NCBI GenBank assembly: GCA_002373935.1
Contig: DFKW01000004.1
Span: 27,704 to 91,703 of the forward strand
Origin: Alphaproteobacteria bacterium UBA3635
GTDB taxonomy: Bacteria; Pseudomonadota; Alphaproteobacteria; Rs-D84
Reading direction: 5' to 3'
DNA length: 64,000 nucleotides
Shown: positions 1 to 9,867 of the stretch, in pieces
How positions within the stretch are numbered: the stretch's first letter is position 1
How the letters are laid out: every line of letters begins with the position of its first letter
Notes under the pieces: model-generated
Databases searched by the model: none
What the model was told of the DNA's origin: nothing
Seen by the model: the letters and a program-made list of their open reading frames with translations, nothing else
Position numbers and translations under genes: made by a program

Positions 1-1
1 T

Positions 2-1021
2 GGGGTCAGACGTCTGAATTTAGAGCATGCGGATTTAACCGATGTTCATGATATTAAATTTAATCCAAATGCAGATTATATAAATTTACGCGGCACCAAA
101 ACCAAATTACACGGTGATTTGGATTTTTCTGGTGTAATACTGCTGAATTTAGAGCGTGCAGATTTAACCGATGTTCATGATATAAAATTTAACCCAAATG
201 CAGATGAAATAAATTTGATCAACACCAAATTACATGGCGATTTGGATTTTTCTGGGGTTCAGTCATTAAATATAGAGTATGCAGATTTAACCGATGTTCG
301 CGATATTAAATTTAACCCAGAACGATTTCACAAAAATGCCGGTTTAATCGGCACAAAATTATCGGGCGATTGGGATTTTGGTAATGCTGCAGATTTGTAT
401 TTGCGCGACACCGATTTAACCCGTGTTCGCCGCATTAAATTTAATCCAAATGCCCACACCATAGATTTGGCCGGCGCGACATTGGGTGGCGATTTGGATT
501 TTTCTGGTGTTAGACGTCTGAATTTGATGCATGCGGATTTAACCGGCGTTCGCAGTATAAAATTAAAATCAAACGAATATGTGAATCTAAAGGTCGCAAA
601 ATTATCCGGCGATTGGGATTTCAGCACTGTGAAAGCCGTAGATTTGAATGACGCCGATTTAACAGATGTTCACGAGATTAAATTTAATCCGAATACAGAT
701 ATAGATTTGCGCGGGGCAAAATTATCGGGTGATTTGGATTTTAGTGATAGGGAATATATAGATATTCGCAATGCCGATTTAACCCGTGTCCGCAGTATTA
801 AACTAAACCCGCAATTATACAAAAAAATAAAAAAACACTATGTGACCATAAAATACGATAATACGGTTGTTGAAATGCCTTTGTTTGCGGTGCAAAAACA
901 CGGTATTACCCTGGAAAACAAAAACGCGTTCAAAATTGCAACAAACAAAATCAAGGAATTGGGAATACGAAAAACATTATCAAATATGATGGGCAAAATC
1001 GCGAACAAGACAAATAATTAG
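2..1021 (+). CDS. Tandem-repeat (LRR/pentapeptide-like solenoid) protein, 5'-truncated by the window edge
   Basis: The frame is open from position 2. About 7 repeats of ~40-43 aa (LxLxxADLTxVxxIKFNPNAxxIxLxGxKLxGDLDFSGV) are followed by a non-repeat basic C-terminus. Confidence 0.8.
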   Translation, partial: GVRRLNLEHADLTDVHDIKFNPNADYINLRGTKTKLHGDLDFSGVILLNLERADLTDVHDIKFNPNADEINLINTKLHGDLDFSGVQSLNIEYADLTDVRDIKFNPERFHKNAGLIGTKLSGDWDFGNAADLYLRDTDLTRVRRIKFNPNAHTIDLAGATLGGDLDFSGVRRLNLMHADLTGVRSIKLKSNEYVNLKVAKLSGDWDFSTVKAVDLNDADLTDVHEIKFNPNTDIDLRGAKLSGDLDFSDREYIDIRNADLTRVRSIKLNPQLYKKIKKHYVTIKYDNTVVEMPLFAVQKHGITLENKNAFKIATNKIKELGIRKTLSNMMGKIANKTNN

Positions 1022-1076
1022 GTTGAAAATTCGCTTTTTATCGTGTATTTTTCATCTGTCACTAAAAGGATTTGTT

Positions 1077-1280
1077 ATGGCAGACGAAATGGATAAAAAA
1101 TTGACTTTTGAAGAGGCGTATAAACAGTTGACCGAATTGGTTAAAAAAATGGAATCGGGGGAATTGCCGTTGGCGGATTCTGTTGCGGCATACGAACAAG
1201 GAATCAAGTTAAAGGCATACTGTGAACAATTATTAAAAGAAGCCGAATTGAAAATCGAAACATTAAAGGTTTCTGCATAA
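1077..1280 (+). CDS. xseB: Exodeoxyribonuclease VII small subunit
   Basis: TFEEAYKQL..IVKKMESGELPLADSVAAYEQG motif; AAAGGA RBS before ATG 1077. Confidence 0.93.
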   Translation: MADEMDKKLTFEEAYKQLTELVKKMESGELPLADSVAAYEQGIKLKAYCEQLLKEAELKIETLKVSA

Positions 1281-1293
1281 AGCGGGGCAAATC

Positions 1294-3828
1294 GTGGCGG
1301 CAAAAGAAAAACTTTCACCGGTAATGCAGCAATATTTGGATATGAAATCCGAAAATCCGGATGCGTTGTTGTTGTTTCGATTGGGCGATTTTTACGAGGC
1401 ATTTTTTGACGATGCAAAAACTATTAGCAATGCACTGAGTTTGGTTTTAACCCATCGTGGGACGGATGGTGCGGGCACCGATATTCCAATGTGTGGTATT
1501 CCATGGCATGCGGCGGACAATTATTTTGGGCGACTGGTAAAATCGGGTTTTAATGTCGCGTTGGTTGAACAAATGGAAACCCCGGCCCAGGCAAAACAAC
1601 GCGGGCATAAATTTATAGAACGCAAAATTGTGCGTGTTTTGACGCCTGGAACATTGACCGATGAAAATTTGTTAAATCCAAAAAACTCTAATTTTTTAAT
1701 TGCGGTTGTGCCGATTCAAAATGGCGATTTTGATGTTGCAGGTTGCGATATTTCAACCGGTGAATTTTTCATTGGAAAAACTCATGATATTATCGATGAT
1801 TTGGTGCGGTTAAACCCGGCCGAGGTTATTTACCCCGCATCATATGCAGAAAACGATACTGTATTCCACATGCGCACAATTTTCAAAACAACACCGGTAT
1901 ATGAAAAATTATATATTCGGTCCGATATAACACAAATTGTGTCGCGTGTGTTTGGTGGTGCGGTGGATGTAGTGCAATCTGAAAACATGGACAATGCAAC
2001 ATATTTGTTGGCGGGCTATTTATTTAACACCGGACGCGGGGCAACAACAACATTTCGTGCGCCGCGGCAATTAAAATCCGGCGCACAATTATTGATTGAT
2101 TCGGCAACATGGAAAAGTTTGGAAATAGATGCGCCGATAAATCCGGGTGGCACATGTTTGATTGATGTGTTGGATAAAACAAAAACCGCGGCGGGGGCGC
2201 GAAAATTGCGCGCTTATTTGCGGACGCTGTCGGGCGATATTGATGAAATAAATTTGCGCCAAACACATATTGCATATTTTTTATCTAATCGGGCAACAAT
2301 GTTAAGCGTTGTTCACGAATTATCATCTATGCCGGATGCCGGACGGTCACTGGCACGATTGATATCGGGACGCGGAACGCCGCGCGACATGGCGCATATA
2401 CGCGATTTTATTTTGAATTTGCCACGGCTAAAAATAATGGCGGCGGCATTTGATTCTGATTTTTCTGCACGCATTGGTGCGATTGATACGCATGATACAT
2501 TGGGCGCAAAATTAAAATCCGCATTGGCCGATAACCTGCCGACATTTTTCCGCGATTTTAATGTAATACGCGATGGATACGATGTCGCATTGGACCGCAT
2601 GCGCGAATTGTCGCATGGTGCAAAAAACACTATTGCCGGACTCCAGGCGCAATATATTGAACAAACAGGTATTCACACATTAAAAATTAAATTTAACAAT
2701 ATATTGGGTTATTTTATCGAGGTTCCATCCACCCGCGCCGATGACATGATGCGCCCTGATTCTGGATTTATACATCGTCAGACATTGGCGGGGAACATGC
2801 GTTTTACAACCGCACAATTGATTGATTTGGACAATGATGTTCGCAGCGCGGTTGAAAAATCTAATGCAATCGAAGAAGAAATCGTCAATGGTTTTATCGA
2901 CAACATTCGTGAAATCGCCGACGATTTATTGGCAACGGCGGATTTGTTGGCTGATTTAGATGTATGGGTGGCATTGGCAATGGTTGCCGATGAATATAAC
3001 TGGGTGCGACCAAAACTGACCCGTGGGTTTGAATTTGATGTTATTGGCGCGCGTCACCCGGTAATTGAATATGTGTTGCGTGCGCATGGCGATAACTTTG
3101 TTAAAAACGATTGTAATTTATCGACAAAAAAAATTGCGTTGTTGACCGGGCCAAACATGGCGGGAAAATCAACATACCTGCGTCAAAATGCGATAATTGT
3201 TGTGTTGGCACATTTGGGGGCTTTTGTTCCGGCGGAAACCGCAACGATTGGCGTTTGTGACCAATTATTCAGTCGCGTTGGTGCGTCAGATAACCTGGCG
3301 GCGGGACAATCAACATTTATGGTGGAAATGAGTGAGACCGCCAATATTTTGCGTCGCGCAACAAATCGTTCGTTTATTATTTTCGATGAAATCGGGCGTG
3401 GAACCGCGACATATGACGGGATGGCGATTGCACAATCTGTACTGGAATTTTTGAACGAACTGGCGCCACGGACTTTGTTTGCAACGCATTATCATGAATT
3501 GACCGCGTTGACCGGTGATAACAATGGCGCGTTGCAAAATGTGTCGTGTTTAACGATTGATGTGCGCGAATACAATAATGAAATTATATTTATGCATAAA
3601 ATCATCCCCGGGGTTGCAAATCGTTCGTATGGTATTCATGTGGCAAAAATGGCGGGTATGCCGGAATCTGTGGTTGCGCGTGCCGCGGTTGTGTTGGCCG
3701 AATTGGAAAACGGCGCAAAATCCAAAACCACAACACCCACAGATGTGAAAAAGCCCGCGCATACCGGTAAAACAAATATGCATATGCATGATGATACACC
3801 GCAATTATCGCTGTTTGGTGAAAAATAA
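1294..3828 (+). CDS. mutS: DNA mismatch repair protein MutS
   Basis: SPVMQQY, FRLGDFYE, TGPNMAGKST, DEIGRGT, FATHYHEL motifs. Confidence 0.98.
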   Translation: MAAKEKLSPVMQQYLDMKSENPDALLLFRLGDFYEAFFDDAKTISNALSLVLTHRGTDGAGTDIPMCGIPWHAADNYFGRLVKSGFNVALVEQMETPAQAKQRGHKFIERKIVRVLTPGTLTDENLLNPKNSNFLIAVVPIQNGDFDVAGCDISTGEFFIGKTHDIIDDLVRLNPAEVIYPASYAENDTVFHMRTIFKTTPVYEKLYIRSDITQIVSRVFGGAVDVVQSENMDNATYLLAGYLFNTGRGATTTFRAPRQLKSGAQLLIDSATWKSLEIDAPINPGGTCLIDVLDKTKTAAGARKLRAYLRTLSGDIDEINLRQTHIAYFLSNRATMLSVVHELSSMPDAGRSLARLISGRGTPRDMAHIRDFILNLPRLKIMAAAFDSDFSARIGAIDTHDTLGAKLKSALADNLPTFFRDFNVIRDGYDVALDRMRELSHGAKNTIAGLQAQYIEQTGIHTLKIKFNNILGYFIEVPSTRADDMMRPDSGFIHRQTLAGNMRFTTAQLIDLDNDVRSAVEKSNAIEEEIVNGFIDNIREIADDLLATADLLADLDVWVALAMVADEYNWVRPKLTRGFEFDVIGARHPVIEYVLRAHGDNFVKNDCNLSTKKIALLTGPNMAGKSTYLRQNAIIVVLAHLGAFVPAETATIGVCDQLFSRVGASDNLAAGQSTFMVEMSETANILRRATNRSFIIFDEIGRGTATYDGMAIAQSVLEFLNELAPRTLFATHYHELTALTGDNNGALQNVSCLTIDVREYNNEIIFMHKIIPGVANRSYGIHVAKMAGMPESVVARAAVVLAELENGAKSKTTTPTDVKKPAHTGKTNMHMHDDTPQLSLFGEK

Positions 3829-4700
3829 TGTCGTCTGGATGGATTATTTTGGATAAATTGTCGGGCGTATTCAGCCGAACCGCCGGCGCACGCATCGCGC
3901 GTTTATTTGACACAAAAAAATTCGGACACATTGGAACACTGGACCCGATGGCGACCGGTGTTTTGCCGATTGCGTTGGGAAATGCTACAAAAATGATTCC
4001 GTTTGTGACGGACGCAAATGGCGATGAAAAAGAATACCTGTTTTCATTAAAATTTGGAATTGATACAGATACGCTGGATGTGACCGGAAATATTATTTCG
4101 CGCAACGATATTGTGCCAACGGACGATAAAATCCGTGCGGCAACCCATGAATTGATTGGCGATATTATGCAAATTCCACCGAAATACAGTGCGGTTCACA
4201 TCGATGGTGCGCGTGCGTATAAAATGGCGCGCAATGGTGCGGATATTGAATTACCACCCCGCCCGGTACATATTTATGACATACAATACAACGGTTTTAA
4301 TGGCACATCGTGGACTTTTTCGGTTCGATGCAGCAGTGGGACATATGTGCGTTCTTTGGCGTGTGACATCGCAAAAAAATGCGGTGCAATTGCATCAGTC
4401 GATATGATTCGCCGAACACGGACAACGGGTTTTGATATAAAAAATGCCGTCACACTTGATTTTTTGGAAAATCTGTATAATAATGGGGCGGACATCGGGA
4501 AATTTCTGATGCCGATTGATTTGGGACTGGGGGACATTCCGGTTTTGAATCTGGGTGATAAAGACACCGAATTATACAAACACGGTGGATTTATCAAAAC
4601 CGCAATATCAAACGGTTTGGTGCGTGTGTATAACAACGACACTTTTATCGGAATTGGTGTTGCAGAAAATAAACAACTGCGTCCAAAACGCACAATATAA
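3828..4700 (+). CDS. truB: tRNA pseudouridine(55) synthase
   Basis: GHIGTLDPMATGVL, QIPPKYSAV, GTYVRSLA. Confidence 0.96.
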   Translation: MSSGWIILDKLSGVFSRTAGARIARLFDTKKFGHIGTLDPMATGVLPIALGNATKMIPFVTDANGDEKEYLFSLKFGIDTDTLDVTGNIISRNDIVPTDDKIRAATHELIGDIMQIPPKYSAVHIDGARAYKMARNGADIELPPRPVHIYDIQYNGFNGTSWTFSVRCSSGTYVRSLACDIAKKCGAIASVDMIRRTRTTGFDIKNAVTLDFLENLYNNGADIGKFLMPIDLGLGDIPVLNLGDKDTELYKHGGFIKTAISNGLVRVYNNDTFIGIGVAENKQLRPKRTI

Positions 4701-4712
4701 AGGAAAAATGTA

Positions 4713-4985
4713 ATGTCCATTACAAAAGCAAAAAAAACAGAATTGATTTCTGCGTTCAAAACATCTGATGCCGACAACGGCGGCAGTGCCGCATCCCAGG
4801 TTGCGGTTTTAACAGAACGTATTCGCAATTTAACAGAACACATGAAAAACAACCACAAAGACGAACACAGCAAACGCGGTTTGTTATTGATGGTTAATCG
4901 TCGTAAAAAATTGTTGGCATATATCAAACGCCGCAATGAAAAAGATTACGAAGAACTGATTAAAAAATTAGGTTTGCGTAAATAA
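4713..4985 (+). CDS. rpsO: 30S ribosomal protein S15
   Basis: QVAVLTERI..HKDEHSKRGLL..RRKKLLAY..LGLRK; follows truB. Confidence 0.97.
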   Translation: MSITKAKKTELISAFKTSDADNGGSAASQVAVLTERIRNLTEHMKNNHKDEHSKRGLLLMVNRRKKLLAYIKRRNEKDYEELIKKLGLRK

Positions 4986-4993
4986 TAATTTTT

Positions 4994-5057
4994 CACCGTC
5001 CAATTTTGGACGGTGTTTTTTCGCATAAAAAACGCACCAAAATTTGGTGCGTTTTTA
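4994..5057. terminator. Two hairpins between convergent rpsO and the TPR gene
   Basis: CACCGTCCAA/TTGGACGGTG+T-tract, and AAAAACGCACCAAA/TTTGGTGCGTTTTT. Confidence 0.75.
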
Positions 5058-5078
5058 TTGTGTGTTGGGGACGCGGGG

Positions 5079-6140
5079 TTATTGCGAAACCGTTTCGTCC
5101 GATGTGGATACCGCGTTTTCATCCGACAATTCGGTCGCAGGCATCGCATCCGGTGTTGCCATGGTGACCTGGTCCATGGTGACGGTTTTGCCGCGTTCGG
5201 AATCGATACTGCGTTGCAAATCTGAAACCAATTTTTCCAAACGTTCAACAGAATCCGTATCGTTCAATGCCGTCGCGATTTGTAATGCGCCCTGTAAATT
5301 GGTCAGTGCCGCATCTTTGTTATCCAATTTCAAATATAACGCCGCACTTTTTTCCGTGTACAACATTACATCGTGGGATAATTTTTCACCCAAATCTATG
5401 TCGGTCACGCCGTTTAATTGTTCTTTGATAACCTGCATAGCGGATGCATAATCATTTATCGCATCGGCATAATCGCCACGGGCGGTGTATGCCTCGGCCC
5501 GTTCGGCATAAACATCCGCCGACACCGTGCCATCAGGATGTGACAAAGAATTTGTATAATCGGCAATCGCACCATCCCAATTTTTTTGCCACAAATTCAA
5601 CTGACCACGTTTGGCGTATAAATCACGCAACGCAACCGGGGAATTTTCAGATGTCGCCGCCACAACCAGCGCATTGTTGATATCAACCATGGCCGCGTCG
5701 TAATCTTCCAAACGCATTTCCAACAATGCCTTGTCATAAAATGCCAGGGCACTGGTCGAATCGTGTTCAATCGCAGAATTGAAATCAGCCATCGCCTTTT
5801 TATAATCGCCGATTAACATATATGCCTCGCCCCGGGCCAGGTATGCCGTGTTCGACACCGCGCCAGAATCAACAACCGCGGTTAAATCGGCAATTGCACC
5901 CTCGATATCGCCAGACGCCAATTTTTCACGACCGGAATTAAAATAATCATTTGCCTGCATCAAAATTTCTTCGTTCAATGTCGCCGGATTGTGAATCATA
6001 CCGTGACTGCGTCCCAAGATATAAAATGTTGCCGCAATGAAAAATAAAATTATAAACCAATAAACATATATTGGCGCAGACCACCCGGTTCCCGCCGGTT
6101 TGGTTGTAATTGGTTTTGTTTTTGGTGATGATTTACGCAT
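5079..6140 (-). CDS. Membrane-anchored tetratricopeptide repeat protein
   Basis: N-terminal TM segment; repeated AY..RG.AY...GDY..A..D TPR units. Confidence 0.85.
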   Translation of the reverse strand: MRKSSPKTKPITTKPAGTGWSAPIYVYWFIILFFIAATFYILGRSHGMIHNPATLNEEILMQANDYFNSGREKLASGDIEGAIADLTAVVDSGAVSNTAYLARGEAYMLIGDYKKAMADFNSAIEHDSTSALAFYDKALLEMRLEDYDAAMVDINNALVVAATSENSPVALRDLYAKRGQLNLWQKNWDGAIADYTNSLSHPDGTVSADVYAERAEAYTARGDYADAINDYASAMQVIKEQLNGVTDIDLGEKLSHDVMLYTEKSAALYLKLDNKDAALTNLQGALQIATALNDTDSVERLEKLVSDLQRSIDSERGKTVTMDQVTMATPDAMPATELSDENAVSTSDETVSQ

Positions 6141-6179
6141 CGACGCCCCCCTTTTGTGTGTTCTCTTACACTAGCAATA

Positions 6180-6881
6180 TTAAAGAGTTTTCAAAAGCAG
6201 GTCAACATCTTTCTGAGGCACTTTTTTAATTTTTCCCGATTCCAAATTTCCAATGTGTAAATTACCAAAAGATTCGCGATGTAATTTTTGAACCGGCGCA
6301 CCACATGCACGCAGAACAATACGGATTTCGTTCTTTTTACCCTCGGTCACGGTTATACGCAATTTGTTTTTTCCAATTTCGGTAATTTCCATTGGACGAT
6401 ATTTTATACCATCAATTGTCGCACCATGACGCGCAATATCAAACTGATGCTTTTCACCACCGACGCGCGCAACATAAGTTCGCGGAATTTTATTTGACGG
6501 TAATGATAATTTTTGCACCAAATCACCATCATTGGTCAGCAATAATAATCCAGTTGTTTTATAATCCAATCGCCCAACATATCGCAAATGTTTATATTCG
6601 TTTGGCAAAATATCATAAATTGTTGTGCGGCCCTCTGGGTCACGCGCAGTTGTCATAACATTTAACGGTTTGTTGAAAATATATAATGCTAAATTTGATT
6701 GTGGTTGTATTTTTTTCCCATTTAATGTCACAACATCCACCGCATCATCGACGATTGTTGCCGGTGTTGTGACAACAACATCGTTTATCGCAACCGCGCC
6801 AGACGCAATTATTTTCTCGGCATCCCGTCGGGATGCAACACCGGATGCCGCAATAAATTTTGCAATTCGTTGTTTTGTCAT
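6180..6881 (-). CDS. rRNA pseudouridine synthase (RsuA/RluB family, S4 domain)
   Basis: RIAKFIAASGVASRR S4 domain; VGRLDYKTTGLLLLTNDG; EGKKNEIR. Confidence 0.93.
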   Translation of the reverse strand: MTKQRIAKFIAASGVASRRDAEKIIASGAVAINDVVVTTPATIVDDAVDVVTLNGKKIQPQSNLALYIFNKPLNVMTTARDPEGRTTIYDILPNEYKHLRYVGRLDYKTTGLLLLTNDGDLVQKLSLPSNKIPRTYVARVGGEKHQFDIARHGATIDGIKYRPMEITEIGKNKLRITVTEGKKNEIRIVLRACGAPVQKLHRESFGNLHIGNLESGKIKKVPQKDVDLLLKTL

Positions 6882-7534
6882 TTTACCACCCGCGATATTG
6901 CAATTGCCGCCGCCAATTCGGCACGCAAAATTGTTTTTCCCAATGACATGCCACGCGCACCATTTTTATCCAGCGCATTAAATTCATCATCGGAAAAACC
7001 GCCCTCGGGTCCAACCAGGATATTTTTCGCACCAATAAATTCGTGTGGCAAATCCGCACCGTATGCCGCACGCTCGTCGGCAAATACTAAATCCGCAAAC
7101 GGTAAATCGGCAAATTTAATTGGTGTCGCAATTTCCGGCACAGAATTACGATTGGATTGTTCGGCGGCCTCGGTTACTATTTTTTTCATACGGTCCCAAT
7201 TTATGTGATGTGCAACGGTGCGTTCGGTAATAACCGGGACAAACCGCATGACCCCCATCTGGGTTGCCATGTTTAACATATCGTCCGTCTTTTTTATTGG
7301 GGCAAAATACAAACACACATCATTTGATGGGTCGGCGTGTGGCGTTTGATTGCCAATCGTCAAAAAATTCCCGTCGCCCGATAAATTCGCCGTGTATTCA
7401 TGTCCGTCGCCAAACACCAAACAATTATCGCGCCGCATGACGTGTACCAAATAGTGCGATACAGATTTATCAATCGCAACTTTGTCGCCCGGGGTAATAT
7501 TTTTGCCAATAAAAATTCGCGGTATGTTTTTCAT
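6878..7534 (-). CDS. rsmE: 16S rRNA m3U1498 methyltransferase
   Basis: HYLVHVMR, EAAEQS, VGPEGGFS, LGKTILRAELA. Confidence 0.94.
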   Translation of the reverse strand: MKNIPRIFIGKNITPGDKVAIDKSVSHYLVHVMRRDNCLVFGDGHEYTANLSGDGNFLTIGNQTPHADPSNDVCLYFAPIKKTDDMLNMATQMGVMRFVPVITERTVAHHINWDRMKKIVTEAAEQSNRNSVPEIATPIKFADLPFADLVFADERAAYGADLPHEFIGAKNILVGPEGGFSDDEFNALDKNGARGMSLGKTILRAELAAAIAISRVVK

Positions 7535-7590
7535 ATATTTTTTTATTTCTGATTTATTTTGTTGGTTTTTTCTGGTATAATAATAACACC

Positions 7591-9864
7591 ATGGCTGAGA
7601 AATTCAATATTTTATCTGCGGGCGGGTCGTCCAAAGGACTGAACATTTTCAAATCGACGGCGTATAAAGAACACGAAGCCGGCCCGATGGCGCAAATGTT
7701 TTGGGTTTTTCGTTGGAACGCGGCGATGTGGATTATTTGCGCCGTGGCATTTGCATTGGCGTTTATTTTAGAACACATGTTTCGATATGGTTGGTCGCCG
7801 GCAACCGCACAATGGGCAAAATTATTTCTGCAAAACGCATTACATTCGGGTGGTATGTCGGTTATCGCGGCGGTGCCAGGGTGGTTTTTTGGTGCAATTG
7901 TCAGGCCGGATTTTGCGGCGATTATGCCTCTGTTGCCAATTATCGCGTTTTATTTTGTGTCGGACGATACATTAACCAAAGAATTTAATCCGCATGGTGA
8001 TAAAATTTATGATGAAAAATCTTCGCGCAAGGCAACCGCCGACGATATTCGCAAAATGAAACAAAATTTCAAAAACAAAGATGGTTTGTTCAACGGATTT
8101 ATGATGGTGTTGGGCTATTTCAAAGATGGTAAAAAAACAAAACCATTGATGTTGGATGAAACATTGTCTGTATTGTGTGTTGCGCCCCCGGGGGCCGGTA
8201 AAACCGCCGGCGTTGTTATTCCAACAATCGTTGATTGCGATAATGTTTCAATGATTATCAATGACCCAAAACCTGAATTAAAGCAAAAAACATCCGGGTA
8301 TCGTGCGACGATTGGGCCGGTGTTTATTATGAATTGGGCGGGTCAAGATGACCCGGAACGCGGTATATTTTACCCGTCATGGAATCCATTGTCACCGGAA
8401 CATGTGCCGTTCGAAACCGAACAACGCGATTTGTATGTTGATACGATTTGCAAGGTTTTGGTCCCGGATGCCACAGGCACATCGGCGGACCCGCATTGGT
8501 CGATTTCTGGGCGCGCGGGATTGTCCGGATTTATTCAATATATTATTTCCAAGGTTGAACGCGCCAAGGCCGATGATTATTTTTATTCGCGTCTGCAATC
8601 GGGTGAATTTAACCAGGAAGATTCCAATGTGTTGTTGGAATATTACCTGAATATGTCCAGTAATCCAAACGCATATGCGGCGATGGGGTTATTGCAACGC
8701 GGTGAATTAAATACGATGAATTATGTCCATGTCGGGACATGGAAAAATATTCCTGATGCATGGGTCGGGCACGAGGCATCGTTATCCATGATTTTGGATT
8801 GGTTAAATTCGGCACAACTGGCAAACGCCGCCGAAATGGAAGAACGCCGCAGACAAGGCGACCAAATGGTTGCATTGGCCGACCCAATGAAGGATGTGTT
8901 AGAGGCCGCCGTGAACGAGGCCGTAGAATTCGCATATTCACACCGTGCGGTGTTGGAATTGACGCAATTGGCAAACACACCGGACAAAGAACGCGGGTCA
9001 ATATTGTCCACAATTATGGCGGGATTGGGCGTGTTCCGTAATGCGGCGGTGCGCAATCGGACATCACATTCTGATTTCCATTTCGAAGATTTGCGCGGAC
9101 TGCGTGATCCAAGGGACGGAAAAATCAAACCGGTCACCGTATATTTATCAATCAACATGGTTGATGCCCAGGCATTAAACCCAATCACCGGAATATTTAT
9201 CGAATTGATGTCGAATTATTTATTGGTAAATACCCCCGATGGCATTACATCGAACGGCAAACAGTTGGGGCCATATCCGGTGTTGTTCGTATTGGACGAA
9301 ATGCCAAAAATGCAAAAATTGGATGCCGTTATCCAAGGGCCTGATTTGGGACGCGGACAAAAAATTTCTTATTTAATTATCGGTCAAGATTTACACCAGA
9401 TTCAGGAAAAATACGGTGCGGATGCCGCCGCCACAATTATTTCAACAACGGCGGCAAAAATTGTTATGCGTCAAAACGACCCAGAAACCGCAAAACGTTT
9501 TTCCGAAATGATTGGTAATGAAATCAAAAAAGAAAAAAAGAAAAATAAAGATACCGGCGAAGAAACCGAAGAAACCAAGGCACCAAAACCGTTGTATTCG
9601 GAAATGGATATTATGACATTGGGCGAAGGCAAACAAATCGTTATATACCAAGGTTGGTATCACAGACCTATTGAAGCAACCCAAGAAAGATACTTTTTGG
9701 GCAAATCTGATATTGAAAAGAAATTATTGGCCAAGGTTGAAATGGGCGAATCTGCGCCGATGCCGGAATTTTTGGTTGCAAATCATTGTCGTGCGATGGG
9801 TTATACCGGGCAAATTCGATTTATGGACCCAACAACAAAAACTATCCGTGTTTTATCTGAATAA
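7591..9864 (+). CDS. virD4: Type IV secretion coupling protein (VirD4/TraG family)
   Basis: N-terminal TMs; Walker A APPGAGKT, DPKPEL, WNPL, Walker B FVLDEMP, QDLHQI..YG. Confidence 0.88.
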   Translation: MAEKFNILSAGGSSKGLNIFKSTAYKEHEAGPMAQMFWVFRWNAAMWIICAVAFALAFILEHMFRYGWSPATAQWAKLFLQNALHSGGMSVIAAVPGWFFGAIVRPDFAAIMPLLPIIAFYFVSDDTLTKEFNPHGDKIYDEKSSRKATADDIRKMKQNFKNKDGLFNGFMMVLGYFKDGKKTKPLMLDETLSVLCVAPPGAGKTAGVVIPTIVDCDNVSMIINDPKPELKQKTSGYRATIGPVFIMNWAGQDDPERGIFYPSWNPLSPEHVPFETEQRDLYVDTICKVLVPDATGTSADPHWSISGRAGLSGFIQYIISKVERAKADDYFYSRLQSGEFNQEDSNVLLEYYLNMSSNPNAYAAMGLLQRGELNTMNYVHVGTWKNIPDAWVGHEASLSMILDWLNSAQLANAAEMEERRRQGDQMVALADPMKDVLEAAVNEAVEFAYSHRAVLELTQLANTPDKERGSILSTIMAGLGVFRNAAVRNRTSHSDFHFEDLRGLRDPRDGKIKPVTVYLSINMVDAQALNPITGIFIELMSNYLLVNTPDGITSNGKQLGPYPVLFVLDEMPKMQKLDAVIQGPDLGRGQKISYLIIGQDLHQIQEKYGADAAATIISTTAAKIVMRQNDPETAKRFSEMIGNEIKKEKKKNKDTGEETEETKAPKPLYSEMDIMTLGEGKQIVIYQGWYHRPIEATQERYFLGKSDIEKKLLAKVEMGESAPMPEFLVANHCRAMGYTGQIRFMDPTTKTIRVLSE

Positions 9865-9867
9865 AAT

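Noticed and set aside
1-800. CRISPR array
   Set aside because: The repeats are degenerate, in frame and protein-coding, with no spacer structure and no cas genes.
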